From the human T2T-CHM13v2.0 reference genome, Homo sapiens: a DNA stretch of 64,000 bases. How positions within the stretch are numbered: position 1 is the stretch's first letter; every line of letters begins with the position of its first letter. Position numbers and translations under genes: made by a program. The stretch lies in NCBI RefSeq assembly GCF_009914755.1, contig NC_060931.1; one strand, 5' to 3'. The notes beneath the pieces were generated by a model, which had not been told where the DNA came from, ran no database searches, and was given only the letters and a program-made list of their open reading frames with translations. Of the stretch, positions 40,481 through 56,452 are shown one piece after another.

Positions 40481-40759
40481 TTTGAACAGGACAAAGACAG
40501 TGCTAGTGTTGGAATCCTACCTCTAACATCAAGCTATGTCATGGGGATGCTACTTACCTTGTCAATGCCTTAGTTTTTTCATTTGGAATAACCAGAATGT
40601 AACTGTCACAAGGATTTACTCTGAAAATTAAAGAAGATTATAAACATAAATCTCTAGGTATATGGCCTGGAACCTTGTAAGTACATAGTTTATGGTAGCA
40701 ATCATCAGAGGATGAGAACTGGAAAATAACAACATTTTGGAATCCAAGAAAGGAGGACA

Positions 40760-41202
40760 TTTGTTTATTGCAGCAATAGTCACAATAATGAGGCTATGTG
40801 CCCATCAGTGGATGATCAGATAAATAAAACATGGTATATATCAATAATGAAACAGTATTCAGCCATTACAATGAATGAAAAATTGTCTTTTGTAGCAATA
40901 TGGATGGAACTGGTAGCCATTATTTTAAGTGAAACAACTCAGAAACATAAAGACAAACACCACATGTCTCCACTTGAAAGCAGGAGCTAAATTATGTGTA
41001 CACATGGACATAGAGAATGGAATGATAGACACTGGAGATTTGGAAGAGTTGGAGGGAGGGAAGTGAAGAATGAGAAATTACTAAATGTGTACAATTTTCA
41101 ACATTTGGGCAATGATTATATTAAAAGCCCAAATTTCACCACTACGCAATATATGCATGTAACAAAACTGCACTTGTACCTCCTAAATCTTTAAAAATAA
41201 AA
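40760..41202 (+). mobile_element. L1MA1-3-like 3' end
   Basis: AAAAGCCCAAATTTCACCACTACGCAATATATGCATGTAACAAAACTGCACTTGTACC; possible degenerate TSD AATC(C)AAGA..GGA. Confidence 0.8.
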
Positions 41203-42459
41203 TCAAGACAGAAGGAAGATTGAGTCTCAAATGAGATAATAGGCTAAGCATATCATTTTAGTTTGTTAAATAAATGTGTTAAATGTATTTGGGAAGCAAG
41301 TTTTCAGTGCATTAGTAGTAATATAGGGTAAGCGGATGAAAAAGTGGTAGACAGAAGATGACAAACTGATTATTCAGTTATCTAAGCTATAAAGGAAATG
41401 AGATAGAGGTCAATTGGTAAAGAATATGGGGTCCTTATAAATCTCTTTTATTGTATATTTGTCATACACGTGTTCAAAGAGAAAAGAGTCAGCAGAAGGA
41501 GTGAGATTGAAGATATTGATGATAATAAATGATGAATGCAGAGTCAGATGCAACTCTAGTTGAGGGACTGATGCAGATATAAATTTTTACATGGCATTGG
41601 ATATGTATATATGCTGGAGATATGAATATAAATGCAATTATATCTCTAAGTAAAAAATCAGATAGCAGAAATTCTCAGATAATGAGATAATGACAAGTAC
41701 TTCAGAAGTATAATTGGATCAGATATATAAGAAGCTTAAAGAGGTTTTGAAAAATAATAGAGCAATTGGAAAGTGCTTCCTAGGATACTTATTAAAGTAA
41801 TTAATGATTAAAATGTAAATCTCAGATTGCCTCTGGCTTAGATAGAACGTAGATTGAAATATCTTTACCCTTAAAAAGTAATTCCAGAAAGTATCAGGGT
41901 TCAAAAAGAATAACTGAGTGCTTAAATTGTAATATAACCAAACTATCTGCTGAAAAATATATAACTATTCATACACACCCAGGAGTTGAGTCCAAAAGTT
42001 CTTCTGTAAGCAAACTCTTTGGAAAGTAGATACAACTTTCCAATTTAAATGTATCTATAGATATACATGTACGACGAATTAGTAAATGAAAAATGTAAAT
42101 TATATATGTAAATGTAAATTCAGAGAAATAACAGCTCAATATAACTGGGGTGCAAAATGTTAGGGTTTGAGCTGTAGCAATCAAGTTATATTTTCATAGG
42201 CACATGTAATGGATATTCTAGGAAGAGATTCTGACTCAGGAATAGGAAGTCTCAAGATTTTCCAGATATAAATTAGCCATACTTAATAGTTGAAACCAAT
42301 TATGGCCTGTCCTGATATCGGCACAACTCTGTTCATAACTGGAGAGTTGTTATCTAAGATTTTGATGGAAAGGTGGGTTTCTGGGTCTTCATCACCAATA
42401 TGATGGAAAATGAAAAGAAGGGAAGAACTGCAACAAGTCCAAATAAGGAACACACTGGA

Positions 42460-42631
42460 GACAATGATTACATTGGGCTCATCCTAATAATCTAGGATTA
42501 TCCCCTCTTCAAGACTCTTAATTTAATCATATGAGCAAAGTCTATCTTATAAAGTAAGATAAAATATTCCCAGGCTTGGGCATTAACATATGGTCATCTT
42601 TGGCAGAGCCTTCATTATTCTGTCTACCACC
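42460..42631 (-). mobile_element. MLT1 LTR fragment
   Basis: GATTACATTGGGCTCATCCTAATAATCTAGGAT...ATTATTCTGTCTACCAC. Confidence 0.65.
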
Positions 42632-43993
42632 ATTCTTTACTTATATTATCATTATTCAGAAGGACTATAATTCATGTTCAGGAAAAATAAGTTATATATT
42701 CTATATGCAAAATTTATAATTTGCAGAGAAAGAACCAGAGCCTTAGTCCATCTCCAATCCCAAGTCTTTCCATTAAACTGTAGTATCCCTATTCACAGTT
42801 TTTGGGAGTATTTAATGCTATCATCAAATAGATCTAACCACTAAAAGGAAAAAAAATACATGCAATAAGTCACCCTTCCAGCCAGAAGAAAAGTTTGAAT
42901 TGGCCAAACCAGAAGGAAAAAAATGTCAACCAATTAACCAACGCAAAGAATAAGATGAGTTTTTCTAAACAGATAACAAGCCAAGAAAGTATGCACATAA
43001 TTTTCATGAAAAGAAAAGAGGTATTATCAGTAAAATAAATTCTTTAGTTCAAATTGGTTCCATACATTTCTGAAGGTAGATAATACCAGTCTTAAACTAT
43101 AAAGTTCTCTAGTGCCATTTTTCACTTTATAAATGGAATCTATCTGAGATTATTTTATTTTGAGGGTGGTTTCCCATAGCTTTGTACTTTTTGAAATTCC
43201 TGAGCACAAACAGTTCATGTGTTAAAACTTATTTTCCTCAGTGAAATTGGTCTGAATCTCATTACAGAGGCAAAGCTTCAGTAAGAAGTTTCCGTAGTCA
43301 TGGATAACCTGTGCACCTTGGAGCTGCCCAGACCAAATTGGCTGCAAATGAGTGCAGAAAACATTCTCACAATGTGTTTCTTCATTTGAAAATCTGCCAA
43401 AAGTTTTCCATTTGGATTATATATAATACAATCAAAAGCAAATGCTTCCTGGTAAAATAGATACCTAAACCAATATGACTAAAACAAGAAGCTTTTAGAA
43501 GAGAACACACATGCTTTCAAATAATTTGTAAATTAAAAAATATTTAATCATGTTCTTTTATCGGTATAAATGCCTTTTTCTCTAAACTTTCATAGTACTT
43601 CTACCTTCCTCCCAACAAAACACCTCGAACTGGCCTGTATACTCAGTCCTGTGCCACCCTGTTTGATATTCACGTTTCAGCTAATAAAACAAAATGATGA
43701 GACACCTCTTTCTTTTAACTTGTTAAGAAATATAGCTCTCATTTTGATTTTATACAAATTATTCAATATTCATGGCAGAAAAGACTGTATAATACACACT
43801 TATATTTATATGAAATTCTAGAATACATAAAACAAACAAGATAAAACTAATCAGATAGTGTCAGTGTCCAGGATATGTCAGGGTGAGGATACCTGCAAAA
43901 GACTAGGGGGAAACTTTTGGGGAGTTGGAATTGCTCTATATCCTGGATGTGAATGGTAGTTGCATTGTTCTGTGCATTTATCCAAACTATTAC

Positions 43994-44301
<308 letters not shown>

Positions 44302-45099
44302 GAATTTTAAATTGGCAAATTTTGTTTTATGTAACTAGCAAAAAAAAAAAAAAAAAATGCAAAGGGTGACAATAAAGCACCTCAACAGTCTGTCAGTTTT
44401 AGAATGTCCCCAGTTGCTGGCTAGACCAGGGAGCCTGGTCTGGCCTCCCATGGAGGAGCTCAAAAGGGTTTCAGTTTTCAGCCAAACAGGCTGTCTTTAG
44501 TCAGAACGTGAGTGCAAGTGGATTTTTAATGCCAAAAGTGGAAAATGAAACCAGGGTATGAGTGGATCAAAGTGGCTGAGGGTAAGGAAAGAAAATAATT
44601 TATAAAGAGCATAGGCATCTAAGCCACATATGAGGAACCATAAATGCCATACTTTGCTTCTGTACACCCTAAGTCCAAGTGGACCCAGATTCTGGGATTT
44701 GGATTGCTGTTGTATCCTTTACCTAGAACCAAAATTTGTCCATATTTGGGACATGCCTAGGTCTTCAGGCAAGCTGAGGAACACCAGTACTGAGGAACTG
44801 GTCAGAGTTCACTTTTCTGACATGTCTTAGTCCATGCCTACTTGCAACCCAGGTAGCTCCCAATATTTCATTTTGCCCTGGGTTGATTGTGAATCACAGA
44901 AAAGATGTGAGGTGCAGAGGAATTTGAGAAGGTGTAATCCTATTGTCCTTGGCTACCCTCCTTCTACCTTGCCATTCAGAGCAAGGCCTTTGAAAATATA
45001 AGCTTTTCTTTTAGAGTTTCCTCTCTCTTCTAACAATTAGTGATGTTGCTGATGATATTCTTTGGATGGGTCGCATTAGAGTAATAAATAATAGAGGAC

Positions 45100-45690
45100 A
45101 ATGATGGAGGCAATGATTGAGGGGTAATGAAGGAAGGACCCTTCAGCTTGGGAGTTCAGAGGGTCTTTTTTGTGTAAGTAACTATTGTCTTTATTATTGA
45201 ATTATGAGGAATTAGCCACAAGAAGCTCTGGTAAGGGAACATTTTAAGCACAAGAGACAGAAGAAGTGCACAGGGATTGAAACAGAGACCAACATGAAAA
45301 GGTTGATGGACAGGATTATTTTCCAATACTATTGCAACACATTGAGCTGAAGGAACAGTTCAGAAAAAGAGCTCATTAGAGCTAAGGTGGATCAGCCCAG
45401 GCAGCCCTGGGGTCCACGGCAAATAATTTGGATTTTATTACATTCATGACAGGGGCGCATTAATATATTTTAAACAGGTGAGTAAAATTAATTGCTTTAT
45501 ATTTTAAAAAGTAACTTTGGTTATTTTAGAAATAAACCACAAGTGGGCTCGATTAGAAGCGTGTGGATCAATTAGACGGCGACGTGAATAATCTAGTCAA
45601 AGGCTAATGTGCTGGGGATGAGGGAGATAGCAATGGATTCCAAAAAGACAATCAAATCCAGGATACATTTAATCTTGATGTGGGCCCAGT
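45100..45690 (-). mobile_element. L2 fragment
   Basis: TTTGGATTTTATT...TTTTAAACAGGTGAG...TATATTTTAAAAAG...ACTTTGG resembles L2 in antisense. Confidence 0.55.
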
Positions 45691-46409
45691 CTGTAGGGCT
45701 GTCATGACTCCATAGATGATAAGAAGCTGTAAACACAGAGCTGTGTTTCCTCTACAAAGAATGTTTGCTGTTTTGTTTTGTTTTCTGCTTCCAGCTCTCA
45801 AAAGCTCTACTCACTCTTTCAAGGAGCATCTCAGATACCTCTCTTTGGAGCAGGAGCATCTCACTCTCTGGGCAGAATCTTTCAGTCCTCCTTTCATGCT
45901 ACCGCATCACTCTTTCTGCCCATGTAATGGGGCATGTTTTACTTTATTTGTACACATATGTATACTTTCTACAAGAACAAAAACTGTCTCCTTTGCTACT
46001 TAAAAACTTCCATTTCTTCATGTTAGGGTCTTCTGCCAATTCTATGTATGTGGTGTGGCATTTGGGGCTCTCAGTGGGCACACAGGCAATTAAATACCAA
46101 ACCACATTATAATTAAAGCTTTCAAAAATTTCCCCAAACACTTACTTAATACATATTTATTGTACAACTATTATTTGCCAGGCAATGTATCAGACCTTAC
46201 TTGTAATTAATTTTCTGGCAGTTATAATGGAGAAAATACTGGCTGGAATCCTAAGATCTTCACAGTTGACTTCCCTGAATATACAAAGGAGCTCCTATTA
46301 CCTCACCAGAGGATTGTGGAAAACATTGAATATGTTAATACAAGCAAAATGCCTATTGAATTCTAAAGTCACATAAATGTCAAGGATTATTGTAGATAAT
46401 CAAAAGTCA

Positions 46410-47210
46410 AATTCAAAAGAAGACATACAAATGGTCAAAAAGCATATGAAAACAATACTCAACATCATTAATGTCAAAGAAATGCAAATTAATACTTCAA
46501 TGAGATACCATCTTCTACCAGTCAGAATGGCTATTATTAAAAGCTTAAAAAATAGCAGATGTTGGTGAGGATGTAGAAAAAAGGGGATGCTTATACACTG
46601 TTTGTTGGGATGTAAATTAGTATAACCTCTATGGAAAACAGTGTGAAGATTTTTCAAATACCTAAAAACAAAACTACCATTCAATCCAACAATCCCACTA
46701 CTAGGTATCTATGCAAAGGAAAAGAAATCGTTATATCAAAAAGATACCTCCACTCATGTGTATTGTAGCACTTATTCACAATAGTAAAGATATAGACTCA
46801 AGCTAAATTCTCATTGATGGATAATGGGATAAAGAAAATGTGGTATGTATATATATATCATGGAATACTACTCAGCCATTAAAAAATAAAATCATGTCTT
46901 GTGCAACATAGATGGAACTGGAGGTCATCCATGAATTATTAGGTGAAATAACTCAGAAAGTCAAATACTGTACTGCTTTTTATTATTGGAAGCTAAATAA
47001 TGTGCACACATGGACATACAGTGTGGAAAAATTGACATTGGAGACTAGGAAGAGTAGGAGAGGAATGAGGAATGATAAATAACCTAACAGATACAGTGTA
47101 CACTATTGGGATGATGTTTACACTAAAAGGTCAGACTTCACCACTATGAAATATATATAACATGTTACAAAACTGCACTTGTGCCCTCTAAATTTATACA
47201 AATAAAAAAT
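46410..47210 (+). mobile_element. L1MA-type 3' end
   Basis: ORF2p C-terminus (SKEDIQMVKKHMK...MRYHLLPVRMAIIK) and 3'UTR CAGACTTCACCACTATG...CTGCACTTGTGCCCTCTAAAT. Confidence 0.85.
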
Positions 47211-48954
47211 GTTTTGTTGAAGTGCAATTGTGCCCATACAGCCCTCTCTCCAAAATCTATATCTGGCATTTATGTTTATTCCTGCTCTGATGCTACGTGA
47301 GTGGCCTCAGGCAAGTTCTCTCATTTTTCTATACCTTTTCTCTCCTGATCTCTAAATTGGGTATTTATTAGCACTATTTTATTGGATTATAAAAATTAAA
47401 AGAGTTAATAAATATAAAGGGCTTGAATAATGCATGCCATAGTTTACCACATTATGTATCTGTAATATTATTTGTATTACTATAATTAGATAATATACTC
47501 AGGGCAGAAATACTTTACATGAAGGACTCAAGAAACAAGAGAGAATGAATGAAATACTCCAAATCATCCTTTTCCTTGAGTTTATAATTCAAGGAAAGTT
47601 TAGTCTAAACTTTACAGAAAGTTTATTCTGAACACATAAAGAATTACATAATTGGTTTCAGGGCAATTCTAAGGTAAAATTTAAAGATTTAAACATGAAA
47701 CTTGAAGGAACATTAAAAGTGAATCATATCCTCTTGCTTATATATTTATTTATTCATTATTTATTTTTATCTTTTAGAAATGTAGATTCTTTGCCTGAGA
47801 AAATTCACTGTATTAGTAGTTTAAAATGACACTGGGTCAAGCTGTATTTGAGACCTTGAGCTTAAGAAATTTGCCTTCCCAGTTGAAAATTCAAATTATT
47901 CAATTGTCGTTAGAACACTTTTATGGGAACTGACTTTTTCATGAAAATTTCTGTAATTACTGAATCTCATTCACTGGAATATTACTTGCAATTAAAATTG
48001 TTTTATAAAAGTGTTTGTGTTCTTTGGGGCTTCAACACTGACACTTCCAGATGTGTCACTTCCACCATTTATTGAATGAGTAAAACAACAGCTTATCAAG
48101 AGAAAAGTGAACCTTAAAACTTGCAATATTTCACAGTATCCAAAATAATTGCAGTGCTTTTCTGTGCAGATAGGCAATTGACCTCATAAATTGTTAACAG
48201 GATGAAAATTACAGATATTTTAAGATTCTCTCCAACAAGTATCTTCAAATGAGTGTGGATTATTCAGATTGTTATTCATCAGTTTGTTTCACTGCATTTT
48301 TTACCATTAAATGCAACGGTATTTCTTTCTTTTTTTATTAGAAAAAGGAAGAAAATATTAGAATTTCTTTGTGTGTGTCCTGCTAATTAGAAACAGACAG
48401 ATAATGAGGACCTTGTCTACTGCAATATTCTTCAACATGAAAATGATGTGTAGAGGAAGTGCACTCCTGAAGTAAAACTATCTTAGCCTTCTGGTTCCCA
48501 GGAGTCATGGCTCTGGAAGTTCCTTTCCTCTAGCATGGAGGTCTGAGTATAAACACTCTATGGGGAGAAGGGTATCCTTACTATATACCACAGTAATGCT
48601 TCGATACTTTTACATGGGGTGGGGTCACTAAACAGAAGCATTTCAGGTCATTGGTTTTACACTCAGACAGTTCAGGGGATTAAAATGCTGGTTTTCGTGA
48701 CTACATTTATGGCTTCCAGCCAATTTCTTAAACTTTTTTGAGTTTATTCTACTCAACTGCAAAATGAAAAACAAAGAAGTGTTACATGCTTCATAGAATG
48801 ATGGTGATGATTAAATTGTAGAAAGTCCTGGCTCAGTACTGAGCACATAACAATAATAATTACTAATGTTCACTGAGGAAATATGTACCAGAAGCCATTT
48901 TAATCCTTTATATATATATTATGTGGTTTAAGCTTTTCAACAACTGTATCTAGT

Positions 48955-49470
48955 AGGTACTGTTTGCTCCTCCAGCATGCATTTCTCCGCTCTTCCACTT
49001 CCAAAACTATCTGAATTTGTTCCAATTCTTCTTCTGTGTCAGAAGAAGATGATCCCTTCCCAGCTCCAGGAATAGAGGATGGTTCAAGAAGCGAATTGTG
49101 GAAGCCCTACTAACTTGCTAAGGATGCATTTAGGCAAGAGGCTGTGATTAAACTCCGACCACTGGCGATTCAGTTGTCCCAGTGGGTAGGCATCTACATG
49201 TGCCTTCTGAGAAACAATTTCTCACTGTTCATGAGTTGCAGGATGGTGTGATCTATTTCCTTCCTCTGGATTCTGATAGGTCTGGATGTAATATCACGGG
49301 ATGGCTGCCTTCCTGAGTCAGAGGAGGAAGACTACACAGAGGAGGGCAGAGCCAAGAAAATAGAGCACTGGAGCCAGGCTGATTACCATACTGGGAACTT
49401 GCCTTTCCCCAGGCTCTGTGTGATGAGAGAAACCATTTTATTATTGATTGAGACAATCTCAGCAATAAAA
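48955..49470. mobile_element. Old MaLR-like LTR nested in a MIR
   Basis: Weak similarity only; MIR-like sequence lies on both sides. Confidence 0.35.
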
Positions 49471-50033
49471 ATATTCCACTGAAAATCTATCTTTTATATG
49501 AAAAGACTAAGTTCTGGGTAAATTAAATATTTTTCTTAAGTTCATACACCAGCATAAGAATCCTGAGAGTCTACTTTCACACCCGTGTGCTTAACTACTA
49601 TGATCTATTGCCTCCCAGTGATTGAGTTTGGTTAACGGAAAAGGTAATTTTTATTTTATTCTCCACCATCGTCAGCATCTTCCTTAGTTAATTCTTTCTA
49701 ATATTTCTTTCTTTCCCAGTACTTGCTTCATTTTCCCCATTTATGGCTGTGTCGCTTTCGCCATAGCATGCACCACCACCGACTCACTTTCCATGTCCTA
49801 GAATGAGCAAATGCTGGTCTCCAGCAGTTATGGGTAAAAAACCTAGGTGGAGTATTCATTGCCTATAAGGCATTTATTTCATATTTATTAGCCTTGATTT
49901 TTTTATCTTCAAGTTTGAAGTGGTTATAACTACTGAGTAAGTACTGGAAGGATGGCCACAAGAGAAGGTATATAAATCACCCAGCACAGTTGCTGAGCAG
50001 TTTCCCCTGTCCTGGCTCCCTAATGTTGGTAGC

Positions 50034-50078
50034 TGTACTCCTCATGTTTCCCCATGTACTCCTCATGTTTCCCCATGT
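50034..50078. repeat. 21-bp perfect tandem duplication
   Basis: (TGTACTCCTCATGTTTCCCCA)x2. Confidence 0.95.
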
Positions 50079-53000
50079 CATCCACTCTGGTCTGACAAGA
50101 GAATCCCTATACTTTGTTCTTCAGCTTAAACATCCCCTTTAATTCCTTGCTCCTGTAATTAATTTTCTGCCTTGGTCATTGCTAGAATTTTTTTTGATTT
50201 TCACTTTCCTTTTCTTTTCATCAGTCTCTAAAAGGCTTAAATCTCTTTTTGCTGAAACCAATTTATGGAAAAACCTCAATGTTGAGAAATCTCCAAGAGT
50301 CTGTCAATTTTCTTCCTTGGATTTCAGATTAATGAATGTTTTTTTACCCATTATTATACCTTAGGCCTTTCTTGCTGTATATTTTAATTTCACTAAAGTC
50401 CCTGGTATAATGTAGTATGTGGAATATATAAATATTTATAAAGATATTTATTAAAATGGCCTGCAATGTCGAAGACAATAGGAGGTTTTGATCCCCTCAC
50501 ACTATTTATGTATCTGTATGTAGAGGTATCATATAGCCAGTTGTTCAACTTCCACCACTATAATTATCACTCCAATCAGATTCTATAACGTTATCACTAC
50601 CTCCAATATATAATATACTCAGTTTGGCTGAAATAAAAAATCATTTTTTTCTGAATTTTGAAGCTTTTTAATTAGTCTCTATCATTTATTTTCTGTTGTC
50701 TCTTTTTAAAAATGAATTCCACCTTTTTCAATTTTTTCTTTTTAATTGATGTCTATTTTGGGGGCACATGTGATAATTCAGTACATTAGTATAATGTGCA
50801 AAGATTAAATCAGAATAATGGAAAGTCTATCACCTTAAATATTTATATTTTCTTTATGCTAGGAACATTTGAATTATTCTCATCTAGCTCTTTTGAAATG
50901 CATGATAGGTTATTGTTAAAGATAGTTACCTACCGATCTGTCAAACACAAAGTCTCATTTCTTTCACTACCTATATATTTGTACATATTAGTCAGCCAGT
51001 CTTTAACCTCCACTTCTCCCTACCTTTTATAGCCTCTGGTAACTACCAATCTATTCTTTGTTTTCATGAGATCCACTTTTTAGCTCCCACATATGAGTGA
51101 AAACATGTGATATTTGTCTTTCTGTGCTTGGTTTATTTCACTTAAAATAATAACTTCTAGTTTCATCCATGTCGTTGTAAATAACAAGTTTTCACTCTTT
51201 TTATGACTAACATTCCATTTTATACATATACCTTTTTTAACCCATTCATACATTGATGGGCTTTTAGCTTGATTTCACATGTTGGCTATTGTGAATATTG
51301 TTGCAATATTGCAATAAACATGAGACTGCAGCAGCTATCTCTTTGATATATTGATTTTTTTTCTTTTGTGTATATATCAAGCAGTGATATTGCTAAATCA
51401 TATAGTATTTCTAGTTGTAGTTTTTTGAGAAATCTCCATAGAGTTTTCTATAGTGTCTGTACTAATTTACATTTTTACCAACAGTGTTCTAGGGTTCCCC
51501 TTTCTTCATATCTATGGCAGCATTTGTTATTCCCTTTTTGAAATAAGCCATTTTAACTGGAGTGAGATGATATCTCATTGTAGCTTTGAATTGCATCTCT
51601 GATGATTACTGATGTTGAGCATTTTTTATATACCTGTTGGCCATTTGCATATCTTCTGTTGAGAAATGTCTATTCAGATCTTTTGCCTAGTTTAAAATCA
51701 GTTCATTTATCTTTTTGCTACTGAGTTGTTTGTGGACATTATATATTCTGGCTATTAATCCTTTGTCATATAAATAGTTTGCAAGATTTTATCCCATTCT
51801 ATGAGTTGTCTCTTCACTTTGTTGAATGTTTCCATTGCTGTGAAAAGGTTTTTTAGGTTGTTGTAATCTCATTTGTCTGCTTTTGCTTTTGTGGTCCATG
51901 CTTTTGAGGTCTTACACAAAAAATATTTGCCCAGCTCAATGTTCTAGAGCATTTCCCCAATATTTTCTTCTTGTAGTTACATAGTTTCAGGTCTTATATT
52001 TTAGTCATTAATCTATTTGAATTTGATTTTTGTATATGGTGAGAGATAGATGTCTAATTTTATTATTCTGCATATCGTTTCTCAGTCCTTCCTGCACTAT
52101 TTATTAAAGAGACTTTCCCCATTGTATATTATGGGCAACTTGGTCAAAGATGAGTTGGCTGTAAATGTGTGGATTTATTTCTGGGTTCTCTATTCTGTTC
52201 CATCAGTCTTTTTGCCTGGTTTTCTCTCAATACCATGCTGATTTGTTTATGATAGCTTTGTAGTATATTTTGAAGTCATATAGAGTTATCTCTCCAGCTT
52301 TGTTCTTTTTGCTCAGGACTACTGTGACTACTCTGGGTCTTTTGTAGTTGCATGTAAATTTTTGATTTTTTTTTATTTCTGTAAAAAATGTCATTGGTAC
52401 TTTGATGGTGATTGCATTGAATCTATAAATTGCTTTGGGTAGACTTGTCATTTTAACAATATTAAGTCTTCCAATCCATGAGCATAGAATATCTTTCTAT
52501 TTTTTTGTGTCCTTTTCAATTTTTTTCATCAGTATTTTATAGTTTTCCTCATATATATCTTCCACTTCTTTGGTTAAAGTGATTCTTATGTATTTTATAT
52601 CCTTTGTGGCTTTTGTAAATGGGATTGCTTTCTAGATTTGTTTCTCAAATTGTTCGCTGTTGTTATACACAAATGCTATTGATTTTTGTATGTTGATTTT
52701 GTGTCTTACAACTTTACTGAATTTTAATCAGTTCTAATAATTTTTTGGTGGAGTCTTTAGGTTTTTCTAAGTATAAGATCATTTCATTTTTGAACAAGGC
52801 TAATTGACTTTTCTAATTTGAATGCCCTTTATTTCTTTTTCTTGCCTAATTGCTCTGGCCAAGACTTCCAGTATTATGTTGAATGGAAGTGGTAAAAGTG
52901 GACATCTTTTTCTCATTCCACATCTTGGAGAAAACAATTTCAGGTTTTTCTCATTTAGTATGATGTTAGCTGTGGGTTTGTCATATGTGAATGTTATTAT

Positions 53001-54459
53001 TTTAAGGTATATTCCTTCTACATTCAGTTTGTTGAGGGTTTCCGTTGTGAAAAGGTGTTGAATTTTATTGAATGTTTTTTCTGCATCTATTGAAATGGTT
53101 ATATAATTTTTTTCCTTGGTTCTAACAACATGATGTATCGTGTTGGTTGATTTGCATATGTTGAATCATTTCTGTATCCTGGGATGAATCCCACTTGATC
53201 ATGACTGATCTTTTCAATGTGTTGTTGAATTTAGTTGGCTAGTATTTTGCTGAAGATGTTTGTATCTATGTTCATTGATGATATTGGCCTATGATTTTGT
53301 TTTTTATTTTGTTTTTGCCTGGTTTTGGAAACAGGGAAATGCTGGCCTTATGAAATGAGTTTATAACTATTCCCTTCTGTTCAAATTTTCTTGAAGAGTT
53401 TGAATACAATTGCCATTAATATTTTAAATGTCTTATAGAATACAGCAGTGAAGCCATCAGGTCCTAGTCTTTTCTTTCATGGGAAGACTTTTTATTACAT
53501 TTTCAATCTTATTACTCATTATTGATCTGTTCAGGTTTTCTATTTCTTCATGATTCAATGTTGGTGGTGTGCATGAGTCTAGGAATGTATCCATGTTTTA
53601 TAGGTTTTTTGTTTGTTGGTGTATACTTCTTCATAATATCCTCTAATGATTCTTTGTATTTCTGTGATCACAGCTGTTGTGTTTTCTTTTTCATTTCTGA
53701 TTTTATTTATTTGAGCCTTCACTCTTTCCTTGTAGTTAGTCTAGTGTCAGTTAGGTCTACTAGGTCTAGTATGTAGTTAAATTCTGGTACTTCTTTGTTG
53801 ATATTTGTCTGGATAATCTGTTCATTACTAAGAGTACAGTGATGAAGTCCCGCAACTATTATTATTTTGCAGTGTATCTCTCCTTTTATCTATTAATACT
53901 TGCTTTATATACATGGATGCTCCAGTGTTGGGTGCATAGATATTTATAATTGTTATATCTTCTTGTTGAATTGACCCATTTATCATTATATAGTGGCCTT
54001 CTTTGTCTCTTTTTACAGTCTTTGACTTGGATTTCATTTTATCTAGTATGAGAATTGCTACTCTTGTTCCTTTTTGCTTTCCACTTGCATGAAGTACCTT
54101 TTTCTCCTCCTTCACTTTCAATCTATATGTGTCTTTATATGTGAAGTGGATAACCTGTAGGCAGCATATAGTGGAGACCTTTTGTTTTCCATTCAGCCCC
54201 TCTAGGTCTTCTAATTAAAGAATTAAGTAAATTTACCTTGTGTAATTATTGATAAGTAAGGACTTACTACTGACTTTTGCTGCTTGTTTTCTGGTCATTT
54301 TGTAACTCCCTTTTTCTTTATTTTCTCACTATCTTCCTTTGTGATCATGTGATTTTCTCTGGTAGTACATTTTCATTCATTGCTTTTTATTTTTAGTGAA
54401 TGTATGATAAGTTTTTTAATGGCAGTTTTTGCTCGCAGCACTTCGAAAATATAATTTCA

Positions 54460-54778
<319 letters not shown>

Positions 54779-54944
54779 TTTAAATATATAATTTCTTTTA
54801 TATATTTTGAATTAAAAAATTATATAAAATTAATGTATAATTTCTTTTATATATAAAATTATATATAAAAAATAGCAAATATATTTCCCAGTTCCAAGAT
54901 TTCTGTTTATTATTATTTCAATGTTTGCTAAATTTCTCTGACAT

Positions 54945-55242
<298 letters not shown>

Positions 55243-56452
55243 GACACACTTCTGAATTGCCTTCTTATTTTATCTTGGAGAGCACATAGATTTTTTATTA
55301 ACTGCTATTTTGATTTCTTAGTCATAGAGCTCACACATTGCCATCTCATTAGGGTCAGTCAGTGGTGCCTTCCTTTTTACTTTTAGAGAGTTCACGGTTC
55401 CCTGTTTGCTGTTGTCTCTTGTGGTTTTGTGTTTATACCTTTGCATTGAAGGATTAGTTATTTATTCCAGTCTTCTCACTCTGGTTTGTTTTGGTTTTTA
55501 CTGAGTATAGTTTCTTAGAGAGTCTTTTTAATTTACCTATTAGATTTCTTTCTTTTTATTTTCCATGAAGTTGCTGCCTTTTTTGTGGCACTGGATGGTG
55601 GCTTAAGCCCCGGTTTGCTTCAGCTTTGGTAAACAATTGTAGCAGTGCTCCTTCAAAATAAGGGGGGTTCCAAAGAGGGTATCCCAACAGTGGGAAGGAT
55701 GGCTAGGGGTGTGTGCCTAGGGAAGCTGTGAAACATGCCTCCTACAGTGCAGCATTGCTGAATAGCCACTCCGATTTGGCATCTCCTTTGGCCAAGTTAC
55801 AGAGCACAGTTTCCTGAGCTAAGTATGGTAGTTCTACTTCCCCTCTTTGTCTCTAGTTGTCTTTAGAGAGATATCTCTCTATGTACTTTTGATGTTTCTT
55901 GTGGGTTGAGACAGAGACAAACCTTCTTCCATGGAACCCAAAATGATGAAGGAACTGGTAGTCCACCTCAATCTCACCTTTTCCGTTGTTATAAACCATT
56001 AATCTCAGGGAAATTAAATGTGCACTTGCTGCTAGGCAGAAGGATTGGAGGGTGTCGTGGATTTGAAAGTCCAGTTCTCTTACCATCTGCTCAGATTCTG
56101 TTCACTTCTTTGTGGCTCCAGGAACTGTCTCAACCTCATATTTTGAGTTCTGCGGTATTACTTATGGTAATCTCAGTGGCTTATGATGATTTTGGTTTTC
56201 TGTGTGGGGAAGTGAAGCCAACTTGCTTCTATGCTGCCATTTCATAACAGGAAATGTCCTCAAAAACCTTGTTTAATCTTCTCTGCAATTAACTGAGTCC
56301 AGTTAGTTAATTATGGTTAGTTAATTAAGGTTTGTGACATAGTATACTTGTCTTTAGAATGCATGTAATCAAAGTTATCATCTCCTTGAGATGAGGATAG
56401 AATAATAAGATGGAATTTGACACTGAGGAACTACTTATTAAATAATAACTGT

